A stretch of DNA of 64,000 bases from Vicugna vicugna (taxonomy: Eukaryota), in NCBI GenBank assembly GCA_013265495.1, contig MU058213.1, forward strand, positions 3,596,001 through 3,660,000, read 5' to 3'. Under the pieces are notes generated by a model, which was not told where the DNA came from, ran no database searches, and saw only the letters and a program-made list of their open reading frames with translations. The position numbers were made by a program, and so were the translations under genes. Positions within the stretch are counted from its first letter, which is position 1. Every line of letters starts with the position of its first letter. Below are positions 12,778 to 25,204 of this stretch, one piece after another.

Positions 12778-14110
12778 TAATGGAACAGGATAGAGAGCCC
12801 AGACATAAACACACACACTGAAGATTAGTTAATCTATGACAAAGGAGGCAAGAATATACAATGGAGAAAAGACAGTCTCTTCAGTAAGTGGTGCTGGAAA
12901 AACTGGACAGCTACATGTAAAAGGATGAAATTAGAACATTCTGTAACACCATATACAAAAATAAACTCAAAATGGATGGAAGACCTAAATCTAGGACAAA
13001 ATACTGTAAATTCCTGCAAGAAAACATAGGCAGAACACACTTTGACATAAATTGCAGCAATATTTTTTTGGTTCTGTCTCTTAAAGCAAAGGAAACAAAA
13101 ACAAAAAGAAACAAATGGGATCCAATCAAACCTGAAAGCTTTTGCACAGCAAAATGAAAAGACAACCATTAAATGGAAGAAGATATTTGCAAATGTTATG
13201 ACTGATAAGGGGTTAATAGCCAACATATTTAAACAGCTCATACAACTCAACATCAGAAAAAAATAATAACCCAGTCAAAAATGGGTGGAAGAACTGAACA
13301 GACATTTTTCAAAAGAGGAAATGCAGGTGGCTAAAAGGCACATGAAAAGATGCTCAGCATCGCTACTCTCAGGGAAATGCAAATCAAAACCACAACGAGG
13401 TATCACCTCACACCCATCAGAATGACTATTATCAAAAAGAACACAAATAACAAATGTTAGTGAGGATATGGAGAAAAAGGAACCCTTGTACACTGTTGGT
13501 GGGAGTATAAATTGGTGCAGCTAACATAGAAAACAGTATGGAGGTTTCTCAAAGAACTAAAAATAGAACTACCATATGACCCAGCAAGTCTGTTCCTGGG
13601 TATACCTGAAAAAAACAAAAACACTAATTTGAAAAGATACATGCACCCCAATGTTCATAGCAGCATTATTTATGATTGCCAAGGTATGGAAGCAACTTGA
13701 GTGTCCTTCAACACGTGACTGGATAAAGAAGATGTAGTGTATATATACATATACAATGAAATACTACTCAGCCACAAAAAAGAATGAAATTTTGACACAT
13801 GCAACAGCATGGATGGACTTGGAGGGTATTTTGCTAACTAAAATACGTCAGACAGAAGGACAGATAATGCATGGTATCACTTACATGTGGAATCTAAAAA
13901 AATAAAACAAACTGAATAAAACAGAATAGAAACAGACTCTGAGATGTAGAGAACAAACTAGTGGTTTCCAGTGGGGAGAGGGAAGGAGGGAGAGGTATAG
14001 GGGTAGGGGGAAAAATGTTATTATGGGATTATACAAAGTCATGTGTGTGAAGCTTTTGAAAATTATAAAGCACTATAGAATTTAAAGACTCTTTCATTCA
14101 ACAAAAACTA
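12778..14110 (+). mobile_element. 5'-truncated L1 (ORF2 3' part plus 3' UTR)
   Basis: aatggaacaggatagagagcccag...gacaaaggaggcaagaatatacaatgg...NKWDPIKPESFCTAK...3' UTR. Confidence 0.92.
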
Positions 14111-14206
14111 CTACAATTCAATGAAACTGTATATATATGTATATTTAAATACTATTAATTTAAAGTCTTATAATTCTTTTTTTCCTTCCCTTCCTTCCTT
14201 TTTTAG

Positions 14207-14836
14207 GGGAGGTGCAAGGCGGAACTTACCTCATCAATGAGTTTGCATGAGGCTAGACTACCAAACAGCTGATTTCTTCATTTTATATAAACCATACTAT
14301 TTGTGCATTTAAAAAACAATTTAAACTCACAGATAATTCATTGTTTTCTCTGTTAGTTCTTTCTTTCGTATACAATCTTCCAGAATGATAAAAAAAAAAT
14401 TGAGGCTCTAGTCACAATTAGGTTCAACTGTCAGGAATGACTTAACACCTTCCTTATCCCCAGGAAGGGTGTGAACCAAACAGAGAACAACCATGCAAGT
14501 CCAGCTGTTGGCTTCCCCCATTCTGATCTACAGCGCATCCCAGCTCAGAACAGGAAAACAGCATGGTTTTGCACCAGATTATGGGAAGGAGAATGGGATA
14601 CACTTTCTGGTTTCTTCTAGAAAGAGTTATTTCGCTTGAAGTTTTGTTTCCAGAACATCTAAACACCAACTCTCAAATATAAAATTCTAAACACCAAAGT
14701 CATAAATCATAAGGGATTTCTGAAGCATTCTTCATAACCATCTGGGTCATTCTTTCCCTTTACTAGCATGGATAATTTGGAGTTAATTCAGAGTTAATAC
14801 CTAGGAAATAAATACCACATGATTTTCAGGTTAAAG
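14207..14836 (+). pseudogene. Large exon remnant containing about 1.5-2 repeat units
   Basis: Long pyrimidine tract plus ttttag| acceptor, AAG|gtgaga donor. Peptides CAFKKQFKLTDNSLFSL (14302), PAVGFPHSDLQRIPAQNRKTAWF (14501), INHKGFL and FFPFTSMDNLEL, with stops and frameshifts. Confidence 0.62.
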
Positions 14837-14859
14837 GTGAGAAAAAAAGGAGAAAGGGC

Positions 14860-15020
14860 AGTTCCTGTGCCTTGATGCAACACTCTTCCATCTGCAGAAG
14901 CGGCTGTAGCTCACACGCGTGACTCATATGGGAACACTGAAAAGAGCACCACGTGCTGGAAAACAGTGTAGATGACAGGCTGCTTATCTCATTGGGCTGA
15001 TGCAATCCTGGAATTTCCTG
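14860..15020. promoter_or_regulatory. Candidate enhancer: dense transcription-factor motif cluster
   Basis: TGATGCAA 14873, TGACTCA 14920, CACGTG 14950, CTTATCT 14983, TGATGCAAT 14998, TGGAATTTCC 15009. Confidence 0.45.
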
Positions 15021-15149
15021 AATTGAAAGACAATTTAGAACCAGAGGCAGAGACCCTGGGCTTTTAGGCCTTTAGTTAATTCTGCCCCTTCCCCCTCCTT
15101 TTTAAAGCATTTTTCTGTTTCCGTCCTTTCTAATGTAGGAGGTGACAGT

Positions 15150-15330
15150 TGCTAACAATTACACTGTGCCAGACGCTAATCTAAATGTTTAATTTTTTAA
15201 ACCTTCTCAATGCTCTTACAAGGTGATCATCCCATTTTACAGACAAGGCAACTGAGATGCAAAAATTCTATGTAACTGTTTTAGGTCACACAGGAGAAAA
15301 TGTAAGACTCTTCTCTTGGAGACCCATATC
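15150..15330 (-). mobile_element. MIR SINE
   Basis: cccattttacagacaaggcaactgagatgc...ggtcacacag core. Confidence 0.75.
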
Positions 15331-15670
15331 TGAGGGTCTTTGCCTTCAGTGCTCAGGTTGTGTCTAAGTCTTCCAGGAAGCCTCACTCTTAGAAAGACCA
15401 TGCCCACTGAGCTGTGACAAAGAGGACGTTGCCGCCTCAGTAAACTCAGTGCTCTGGTCACCCATTTTTAACAATGAAACTGGAGCTTTTTAAAAACTAT
15501 ATTAGAATTTTATTTTTCTATGATTGTTTCAGATTGCTCTTAGTATTTTGATTGTCTTTAATGTTTTGGTAGAAAAGGGTCACCACCTAAGATCTCCCCA
15601 CTGCCCCCCACACCTTTCTAGGATTTAAAGAGTGGGATCGATTTATTTGGGGTTTTAAGATTATTTTCAG

Positions 15671-16315
15671 ATAAAATCAAATGAGCAAGTCCGAATAATC
15701 TTTTATAGCTCATTATTTTGTTCTGGATTTAATACCAATATTTACATAAATAAGAGATCAGAATTAAAAAACAGGCAAGGAATATGTTGGCTTGATAATT
15801 ATCCAATTATCTTTTTGGGTGTCACACAATTCAAAATCCATACATCCTTCACTTCTTATCATCATATAGGAATGGAGAAAACTACAAATGTGTTGTAAAC
15901 CTGGAGTCCATACCAATGATGGAGTCTATTAAGCCTTGGATACTTTTGGTATAAGACTTCCACCCGGCAGTCACATCCATCCAAACTACATATGCCCACT
16001 GGCAACTCACTAGGAAGGCAAGGAGCACAGGGTAAATATAGATCAATTGCCTATAGACTTACTACCTGGAGCCCAGGTGCCCAGAGCAGTGTCTCTAGCA
16101 CCTCCTAACCAGGGATGGAGTTAGATATTCAGAGTTAATACCAGTCTGAGGGTCTTTTACTACTTCCGTTTACTCTCGAGACAGAGTTCGACTCTTGCTC
16201 TCATGTGTTCCTGGAGTTATCAGAATGTTTCAAAGGTTAAAGTCAATGTTCTTTGACCTCACCTGTAGTGCAGGGTTTTTGTTCTGTTAGGGCCTCTGCC
16301 AAGTGTTACTTCAAG
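15671..16315 (+). pseudogene. Three exon remnants (15671-15774, 15870-16017, ~16181-16315)
   Basis: ttttcag|IKSNEQVRIIFYSSLFCSGFNTNIYINKRSELKNR|gcaagg joins in phase 2 to NGENYKCVVNLESIPMMESIKPWI...|gcaagg; the third holds RLKSMFFDLTCSAGFL (EF-hand-like). Two donors are GC (GC-AG or mutated). Confidence 0.55.
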
Positions 16316-16684
16316 GTTTCTTTCTTATCTGTTGAGACTTACTTCTGTTTAAAAGAGGACAGGTCATACTAAACTAGTGGAGGATAGACAGAACTCTTCT
16401 ACTAAAATATATATTCTAAGTAAATGAAAAGTGTGGTTTATAATCACACACACGTATATAAACCAGCACAACTGATGCTTTGATTATTGCTGATTTGAAG
16501 ACTAATTCCTAACTCTCTTCATTCCGTGATGACATGTAATCAGTACACTTACAATTTTTAACATGGAGGAGTACCAACAGACAGAGATACTGATGGGAAG
16601 TGACCTGATTTGTCCCCATAGAACCCTGGAAATGCTCAGGGATTACAAGTGCTGAGTGCCTCAGAAGGCAGAGGTTGAGGTGTC

Positions 16685-16716
16685 AGAGAGAGAGAGAGAG
16701 TGTGTGTGTGTGTGTG
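16685..16716. repeat. Compound microsatellite (AG)8(TG)8
   Basis: Read directly from the sequence. Confidence 0.92.
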
Positions 16717-17726
16717 TAGTGTAAGGAACAACAGCAGGAGGATTGTTTGAAAGTCTGTGTAAGCAACAGCCAGATTCCCAAGTTTCCATCTGCACTCCAG
16801 GTACCGAGGCCCCTACACTTCCCCGAAACTTGTAGCAGAAGGGACGCTTTGGAGAAATCAGACCAGAGGCTCTGGACTTGAGGACACCAGGAATAGAGGA
16901 GAGTGAGGATGAGATGACAGATTTAAAACAAGCAAGTGATATTCTGCATACTGAAAGGTGAAACATTCTCCTTCCCTGCTGAGTTTCAGAGTAACAATAA
17001 CCAGTCTTATAAACACAGGCAGGAGATGGAAAAGATGGACATTCTCAGGAAAAAATGTCTACAGATACTGACCTTTGGCATTACACAAAGAAAAAGGCAG
17101 CTGGCCACCTCACTGCTCTAGAGTAAAGACAACCGATCAACGAGGACTGTTCATTCATGCTACTTGAATTATATATGAAAAAAGCAAATATACACACATA
17201 TGTAAAAAAGCCTCGATACATACATACCTAAGCAGTTACATCTCAAAACAGAACAAGATGAGAAGGGCAGGATCTTGCTGTGTTTTACCTCATGCCTTTA
17301 ATAGTTACATAATATTTAAAAACTATAGACTAATAATACTTTGGTGAAAGTGATATAACATACAGCTTACAGTAAATTATATTATTTCTTATCAGTGAAT
17401 AATTTAAGGGGTGCACATCTTAATGGAATACCACTCATATACTCATGCTGGGACTGCTAATGGCACAGAGCTTTGTGGAGATGATTTCACACTATCAATC
17501 AAATCCAAAAATGTGCTTACTGCTGAACATGGAAATTCTTCTTTAGGAATTAATCCATGGAACCACTCTCTCAAATACACAAAGATATATGTATATGAAT
17601 TGTAATGCAGCATTACTTGTCTATTGTAGAGAATTGGTCAAATAAATTAATAATATAAGATAAAAAAAATTTACACCTTAACTTAACTAAACATGTTAAA
17701 GGTAAAATAACCCTATTCCTTTCCAG

Positions 17727-18795
17727 GAGGAACTAGATTCCTCTCTTTAAGAATATTTCCCATCTATACTATTGTGGGAATGTAAATTGGTACAGCCACT
17801 ATGGAAAACAGTATGGAGGTTCCTCAAAAAACTAAAAAAAGAGTTACCATACGATCCAGCAATCCCACTTCTGGGCATATATCTGGAAAGATGGAACCCT
17901 AATTTGAAAAAATACATGTACCCCAATGTTCATAGCACTATTTACAATAGCCAAAGCATGGAAGGAATCCAAGTGTCCATCAACAGATGACTGGATAAAG
18001 AAGATGAGGTATAGATGTACACAATGGAATATTAGTCAGCCAAAAATCAAATGAAATATTGCCATTTTGGCAACATGGATGGACCTAGAGATGATCATAC
18101 TAAGTGAAATAAGTCAGACAGAGAAAGACAAATATCATATGATATCACTTATATGTGGAATCTAAAAAATAATACAAATGGACTTCTTTACAAAACAGAA
18201 ACAGACTCACAGACATAGAAATAAAATATATGGTTACCAAAGGGGAAAGGTGGGGAGAGGGATAAATCAGGAGTGTGGGTTTAGCAGATACACAGTACTG
18301 TATATAAAATAGATAAACAACAAGGATTTACTGTGTAGCACAGGGAACTATATTCAATATCTTATAATAACCTATATGGAAAAGAACTGAAAAAATACAT
18401 GTATATATAACTGAATCACTTTGCTGTACAGTTGAAACTAACACAATATTGTAAATCAACTATACTTCAATTAAAAAAAAAACTTCCCATACAGGAGATA
18501 ACTGTTTAATGAAAGACAAAGAGATTTCCCCAATTAGGTATTTCCATGAAGACATCAGAACCCAGACAAGGGAAGCAGAAGATTGTCTTTCAGGAGATAC
18601 ATTACTCTTTCTAAATCAGCCTTGATATCTTTGCCAGAAATAGCCATTACCTACCTAGAAATTCAAATGCTTCACTATTTAAGAATATTGTTGAGCTATA
18701 GTTTGAGGCATTCACTTGAAAACTGTGGAATAGTGTGCAAAAAAAAAATTAACAAGCCTTTGATAGATACATCATTTCTCACTAATTGCACAAAG
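17727..18795 (+). pseudogene. Exon remnant interrupted by an L1 insertion
   Basis: ttcctttccag| acceptor at 17726. Removing the L1 gives [20 protein letters not shown]... in frame; later RFPQLGIS, LSFRRYITLSKSALISLPE (18583), IVEL*FEAF/LENCGIVCKKKI (EF-hand-like) and FSLI. Confidence 0.62.
17764..18482 (+). mobile_element. 5'-truncated L1 with degenerate TSD
   Basis: ORF 17772 [36 protein letters not shown] is the L1 ORF2 C-terminus; flanks aatatttcccat / aaaacttcccat. Confidence 0.93.
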
Positions 18796-19003
18796 TGAAG
18801 AGACATTTTAAGAACACATTATCTCTTCATCAGTATTAGGTCATGCCCCAGGCAGAAATCAGGACCAGCCTCTGATACTAAATGGAGAAAATCTACAGGG
18901 TCAGGAGACATAGGTCAGGGCTTAATTATCCAGTTATTCAGTACAAAAGGTCATATGGATTATTTAAAGGCTCCTTTGAAGAAAAACTGACAGTTCTTTC
19001 TAG

Positions 19004-19736
19004 AATCTTCTTCTTCAGGAGTAACTTAATATTATGACCAAAGCGGAGATCTGAAAAAACTAAAGTAAGTCTTAAATTTATTCTATTACCTCATAAATTT
19101 ACCAAAACAAGTTTTAGTTCAATGATTAATCAATCCATATCTTTCCCTATAAAAATGACCTCCCAGTTTAAGTAGGGATTCTTTCTACTGAGTATCAGAC
19201 TATGAAGAGATGTTAAATAAGTCAGAAGAAATAACCAAATGTGATAAGGAAATCTCTCAGTGCAGAAACTTTGATAAAGCCTTTAAACCTTGATTACATT
19301 TAACATCCATCTTTCCACAGTGCTTGCAAGCCATGTCAGTGAAGAAGTGGTTCAACAAGTATTTTGAAAGCCATGATGGCCTTTTTAAAGAAATACAACG
19401 GGTCAAAACAAAACTATAAAATTAGCAATAATTCTAAAGTATAACAAAGTCTCAGAATGTCTGTCAAGTTGTACTGAGATAATGTTTAGAGACATTAACC
19501 TTGGACTTTTTTGTCTCCTAAAATTACTCTGTAGTTTTCCACTGGTTGGATAATGGCATCCACTGTTTGATGAGGGCGGACGCTGCTTACAAAGGAACAA
19601 TTCCAATAGTTTAACTGAAGGACTGCATGAATTTTTAAATTCACACCTGGCAAAATAATCTGAAATCACAGCGTTTTGGATTTGTATGAGCCAAGCCTTT
19701 GACAGAGAAATGGTTTCATTTTAAATTCAAGGAGGG
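19004..19736 (+). pseudogene. Three phase-compatible exon remnants (19004-19064, 19321-19401, 19535-~19736)
   Basis: ttctttctag|...|gtaagt; ctttccacag|...|gtcaaa; ctctgtag|. Spliced: SSSSGVT*YYDQSGDLKKLN ACKPCQ*RSGSTSILKAMMAFLKKYNG FPLVG*WHPLFDEGGRCLQRNNSNSLTEGLHEFLNSHLAK*...SQAFDRE. Confidence 0.68.
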
Positions 19737-21029
19737 GTTGGTTCCAAATTTTCAACCAGATTGGAGGATCAGACTTTAGGCTTTATAAAAGGTAATCATG
19801 GAGCAGTGAGCAAGCACTCAGACTCCTGGGCAGTTCCCCACCCCCAGGGCAGGACAATCAAAAAAGATTTTCTGGGGCCAGGAGAGAGGAATCAGAGAAA
19901 GAGGGAGAGGAGAACTACAAAGTTAAATGTTTGAATGCAGCTACAAGAACCCAACCCTTCGTGCCAGAGCAGCCAGACCCGTGGTGGGGGGCCAGGCTGG
20001 TGGAGCTTGGGTCAGTAATCAGAGCAGAAGCCCAGCCCCCATTTCCCACATGGAGGGCACCCCTGCAGAGTGCCCCACACCACTACGGGTGGCCTCAGTA
20101 GAGTAAAAATGGTACCGTAATGTGTTTGAGTCTCCAGTTCCCCATGACCTGGACCAGATCCCTGAGTTCCTTGGGCCCAGGTTGACAGGCCAGGCATGTT
20201 AAGTAGAAGGAGATACGGGATTGCTGGTGGAAAAAGAAAGCAAAGAATGTGGGATGCAATATTCAAAGTTTCTCTCCTGTACTCTGAGAGATGCAAAGAC
20301 CTGAGACTCCTATGAGAGAGATAAAGATATGAAGCACCAAGCAAAGTCATAAAGCAACTCGAGTCCTAAGTGTGGAGGCTTAGGGGATATTTGGAAAGAC
20401 GGCTTGGGAGAAAGAGATAAGATTTTAAAGCAAGGCTTGGAACAGAACCCAACGCTACTAATACAGAAGCTGAGCAGACCTGGGAGGTGCTGGGAAGCAA
20501 GAGAGTGACAAGGGCAGGGCTGTACTCATCTGGGCAGAACCTCCGCTCAGGGGGTGCCCACAGCCCTTTCTCAGCCACAAGCCAAGGAGGACTTGGCCCC
20601 CAGCCAGGAGAAGAGGGATTTGGGTTGAGGGACCAGCCCACACTGTCTGCTGCTCTTAAGAAAAGACAGGCGCTTACCTTGTTGATGTGAAGCGAGGGCC
20701 ACCATGCACAGCCCTGTCGGGGGTATCACCTATACAGACGAGGACAGAAGTGATGCCCCGGGCTGTGCAATGCACTTCCTGCTCTCCTGTACTTTGGGCC
20801 TTGTCTAAAGCCTGTCTGAAACTTATCTCCCTCCAAGGGAGGCTCCGTGTACATGATAGCTGAAGCTTCCTAAGAGGTGGGGTCAGTGAGAGAATGAAGG
20901 AAAGCCACTGATGAAGGAATGTGAGGATTTTACTTAAGACTGAGGCCACCCAGGTAAACCTAGAAGGCTTTTAAAGAAAGATGAAACAGACTGTATACAG
21001 AAACCTTCTGGAAGTGAGGACATCTAGAC

Positions 21030-21175
21030 GAGAGTAAATGTCTTGGTGGGGACCATGGCTAACTCCTTAGAAGAAAAGAATCTGGAATTTTGAACACTAT
21101 TTGCTAATTTTAAACCAAGATTTATTTTCTTTCCAAAAACAATACATGTTGCCCAATGAGTCTTCAACCATGAGA
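21030..21175 (+). pseudogene. Exon remnant with repeat motifs (boundaries uncertain)
   Basis: VLVGTMANSLEEK, then after a frameshift WNFEHYLLILNQDLFSF (21083), which aligns without gaps to motif B at 14302 and 18583. Confidence 0.55.
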
Positions 21176-21493
21176 GTGGCCTTCACTGCTTTAGGGAAAG
21201 GCTGATTCAGCCAGAACAAGGCAGGCCACTGAAGGGCTGCAAAGCAGTGGGTGCACACGTGTGTTCCTGTAGTCTGTGTGCTTGAAGTCAGAGCAGGCAA
21301 AGCTGCCTGAAACCCTGCACGTGCAACAGGTTTAAAGTTTATGGTCATAATGACTAAGACACAAACAAATGTAAGCTTCTTTATTTGTCAATAAAAATAG
21401 AGCTCCTCATTTCCACAAGTGTTGGGAAAACATTTCATCCTGCCCCTTTAAGGTAGCTCCAGTTTAAAACCTCATCTCTTTGGGAAAAATAAC

Positions 21494-22376
21494 TGAAAGG
21501 TGGCAGAATATGCCAGCCCCAAATATGCCTTTTAGGCACAAGGGTTGTTTTGAGCTAAGGTAATTGAGAAGAATCAGGTCTAAGAAAAGTCATGGGGACA
21601 TAATGCAGAGCAGGGTGACTGTAGTTAAGCTCACTGGATGGCATACTTGAAAGTAGCTCGGAGAATGGATCTTGAAAGTTCTCAGCACAAGAAAAAAAAA
21701 AATCTACAACTATGGATGATGACGGATGTTAAGTGGACTTCTTGTGATGACCATAGCAATATATACAAATAACGAATCACTGCATTGTACACGTGAAACT
21801 GATATACTGTTGTTAATTATACCTCAATAAAATTTTTAAAAATGCTATTTGTCTATGAAACAGTTTTCTTAAAAAAAAAAAAAGAAAGAAAAAAGAAAAG
21901 CTTCCTGCCTTCCCTCTATTTGCCTAAAAGCAGGACATAAATTTGCAAAGGTGTCCCTCCGCCCCCTCTGCCAGGAGGGACAGAAGCTAATCAGTGGAAA
22001 CTTCAGACCCTGTCAGTCTGGAGATGACCCCGGAGGAGGCCTCTACACACAGCCTTTACTGCCTGGCCTTTGTCTCTCATTAGTTTCCCATATACTTTTC
22101 CGCCCCTGGAGATTCTAGGTCCTTTTTCTTTTTCTTGTCAGTGCTCTAAAATGCATTGTTCCTTTGCTAAGATAGTACAGAAACTAAAGTTCTAACCAAA
22201 CCTATGAATCCAAACTTGTGAGTTCCTCATCTCTGGGGTCTCCCATGTGTTACATGTGTGATAAACAGAAGCTCATGAACTTCTGTTTGTTTCCTCCTGT
22301 TAACCTGTCATTTGTTATAGGGGCCCCAGCTGCGAACTTAGAACAGTAGAAGGAAAATTATTTTTTCTTCCCTACA
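21494..22376 (+). mobile_element. MER34-like ERV1 solo LTR interrupted by L1
   Basis: cagaatatgccagccccaaatatgcc...ctatttgcctaaaagcaggacataaatttg...ggaaaattattttttcttccctaca; TG...CA ends; 4-bp TSD taac/tacc. Confidence 0.88.
21590..21892 (+). mobile_element. L1 3' end inserted in the MER34-like LTR, TSD AAGAAAAG
   Basis: gatcttgaaagttctcagcacaag...tgtacacgtgaaactgatat...tacctcaataaaa; TSD at 21582-21589 and 21893-21900. Confidence 0.85.
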
Positions 22377-23234
22377 TACCAATTTAAGATTCAAATTTTA
22401 TTAATTCAAAATCAAACTCCACATTCAGGCTTCTCTGGGTCTCCCTACCCTTTGCCCCAGGGCTGTGCTCTGAGTGCAGGTGGCAAGTGGCCTGGGCCCG
22501 CACTGTGCTGTGGAGAAGGCTGCCTGGCCCACCTGCAGGCCTGCCGACCTCTGCCCCTGCTAGCCTAAGATGACACCTTGCTCAGCTAAGGGGTCTTATT
22601 CTCTGCTGTGTGCACCGGCAGCCAGCACCTGCTGGGACCGCCTGCTGTGCTGTCCTGCCATCACCCACTTGGAAGCCTGTGGTGCTGGCCCTGGCCTCCC
22701 TGCTCAGGGGTGTGCGCTCCTCAGCTGGAACCCAGTCCTTCAGGGACACCCCCTCATCCTGCACAGAGGCACGTGGCCTCTGGGTCTTGTCCAGGACACA
22801 CATAACCCCAGAAACCCACAGAAAACCACAATCACAGGCTGTTTCTCTGCCTAAAACCCCACCCATTGCTACTCTGTCGTTGGTGTGGGCTATTTTTTAA
22901 GGTGGTGTCCTTCCAAACTTCCAGACAGAAAATAGTGGATGAGCCCCCCTGCTCTGGGAATGTTGGGCTGATGTTCTTTATCCCCACCTGCTCCCATTCC
23001 CAGAGCCTGAAAATCCTGTGTTCCTCAGTCTTTTCTCCAAGCTCCTTCTCCAAAGCCAGGAAGGGTTTTTATTGCTTTTTTGTGTGACGAGAAATTGCCA
23101 TGACCTCATGTCCTATACCCTATGGTTTATGTTAAAACCTCTAAACTTAACCCTCCCTGCTTTGGGCCTAGAGATTTAAAGAGAAAGTTTTGGAAGTTGA
23201 AAACGAAACAGAACAAAGGCAGGCCTGTTCTATC

Positions 23235-23680
23235 TCCAGTGGTTGGCCTTTGTAGTTGGTGTGTGCATTAGGAGCCTGCCTGCCGTCTAGTCCTTTCCTG
23301 TCCTGCTGCTGCCCGTCTCTCTGGTCTGGGGGCCTGGATGCCTGCAGGTCCCCATGGTCCTGGCTCTGGCTGGGTTCAGCCCCTGGGTAACACTAGCAGG
23401 AGACGGGGATGGGGATGGGAAGGGAGAAGTCTGAGTATGTCTCTCTGCCTCTGTGGTATGTCTGGCAGGAGCTGCCTTATTCCACTGCGGACCCTGCAGC
23501 GATAGGCTCCTCCCTCTGTCCCTCCAGTCTTGCTGATGCTGCTCATCTCAGGGTGACTTCACCATCCACTCTTTGGCTTCTCATCTCTTCCATCTCCTGT
23601 GAGCCAATTACCTAAGTCAATTTTCCTTTACTGTAATTTCTTATAGGGGTTCTTGTTTTCCTGGTTAGACTGACTGCACA
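23235..23680 (+). mobile_element. Old ERVL LTR (LTR33-like)
   Basis: ggctgggttcagcc...cactagcaggagac... ending gttttcctggttagactgactgcaca. Confidence 0.5.
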
Positions 23681-23704
23681 CCTGGCTTTCAAGACTCTTG
23701 CTTT

Positions 23705-24250
23705 TCACTATTTACAGTAGCCAAGACATGGAAGCAACGTAAATGTCCATTGACAGATGACTGGATAAAGAAAATGTGGTGTGTATATACATACACACAA
23801 TGGGTTATTACTCAGCTATAAAAAAGAATAAAATAATGCCATTTGTAGCAACATGGATAGACCTAGAGATTTATACTAAGTGAAGTAAGTCAGAAAGAGA
23901 AAGACAAATATCAAATGACATCACTTATATGTGGAATCTAAAAAAATGAGACAAGTGAACTTATTTACGAGGCAGAAACAGACCCACAGACATAGAAAAC
24001 AAACTTATGGTTACCAAAGGGAAAGGGGAGGGGGAGGGTTAAATTAGGAGTTTGGGATTAGCAGCTACAAACTACTATATATAAAAAAGATAAACAACAA
24101 GGACCTACTGTATAGCACAGGGAACTATCTTTAATACCTTGTCATAACCTATAATGAAAAAGAATACATATATATGTATAACTGAACCACTATGCTATAC
24201 ACTGGAAACTAACACAACACTGTAAATCAATTATACATCACTAAAATAAA
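23705..24250 (+). mobile_element. 5'-truncated L1 3' end with degenerate TSD
   Basis: cactatttacagtagccaagacatggaagcaac...; flanks aagactcttgctt / aagactttcgctt. Confidence 0.92.
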
Positions 24251-24757
24251 AAGACTTTCGCTTCTGAAATGGGCTTCAAGATTAAATAATGACTCTGCAT
24301 TCCCGCTGTAAAAATCCTGATCCTTCTTAAGGCGATGGAGACTAAATTAGACAGAAATAAAAAGCACATTAATATTTTAAAGACATCTCACCACCAAAGC
24401 ATACACAATTATTGCATTCATTGTATTGATACTTGAATAGACTTTTTTTTTTTGATGCCCTTATATACTCATGTGGCAAAGTTCTCAGATGTTCCGTTAA
24501 CCATGTGATCTCTCTGGGATCCTACACTTTGTCTCTGACCTCTTTCTTATGGAAGATTATACCCTGTTCAATAGTAAGTCATGCAATCCACTCAGCTTCA
24601 TGAAGGGATGGCATATATGCTCAGGTGTAACAAAATCTGTTTTACACACTAACCAAAACATGGCTGCAGGAAGGAGTTTGAGAACATCAGTGTGTAAAGA
24701 CTGGTATCGATCAGTCCAACAAAGACACTAAAATCTGCAGACCCAAAGGGGAAACAA

Positions 24758-25106
24758 AGAGATCACACAGATCAAACATCTACGGGGCCAGACAGGTAAT
24801 ATAAATGGAAAGGCACGTCCTGCACATCACACAAGGGAGCAGGGGCACACGGAAACTAGAGAGGAGGTGTGTTCTTGAACAGGGAGGTGGTCTCTGCCTA
24901 GGTCAGGCTGACCGGGTGAGAATGGAGATCCCTTGTTATGAAATTTTACAATATTTGAACAGAAATCAGCAATCTAGATTGCATGTGAAAACTTCATGAT
25001 TTGTAAAGTAGCATCAACTAACTAAAATTTTTTTAAAATATTATGCAAATCTAATAAAACATATTTCGAGCTAGACAGGACCCAACTCACCAGTTTGCAA
25101 TCTCTG
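24758..25106 (+). mobile_element. MER102-like hAT-Charlie DNA transposon remnant
   Basis: ctacggggccagacaggtaatataaatg at the left end and ccagtttgcaatctctg at the right end. Confidence 0.65.
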
Positions 25107-25204
25107 TCCTAACTGGACATTATACTTGGAGCAATGTACACTGTGTGTTCAAATAATCTACCTTAACTCAATAACTTCTGCGGATATTTTAGTTACATCC
25201 ACAG

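Noticed and set aside
12320..14110. Single 5'-inverted (twin-primed) L1
   Set aside because: The minus and plus pieces cover the same part of ORF2 (both include LQENIG...FC.KE) and differ in sequence, so they are separate insertions.
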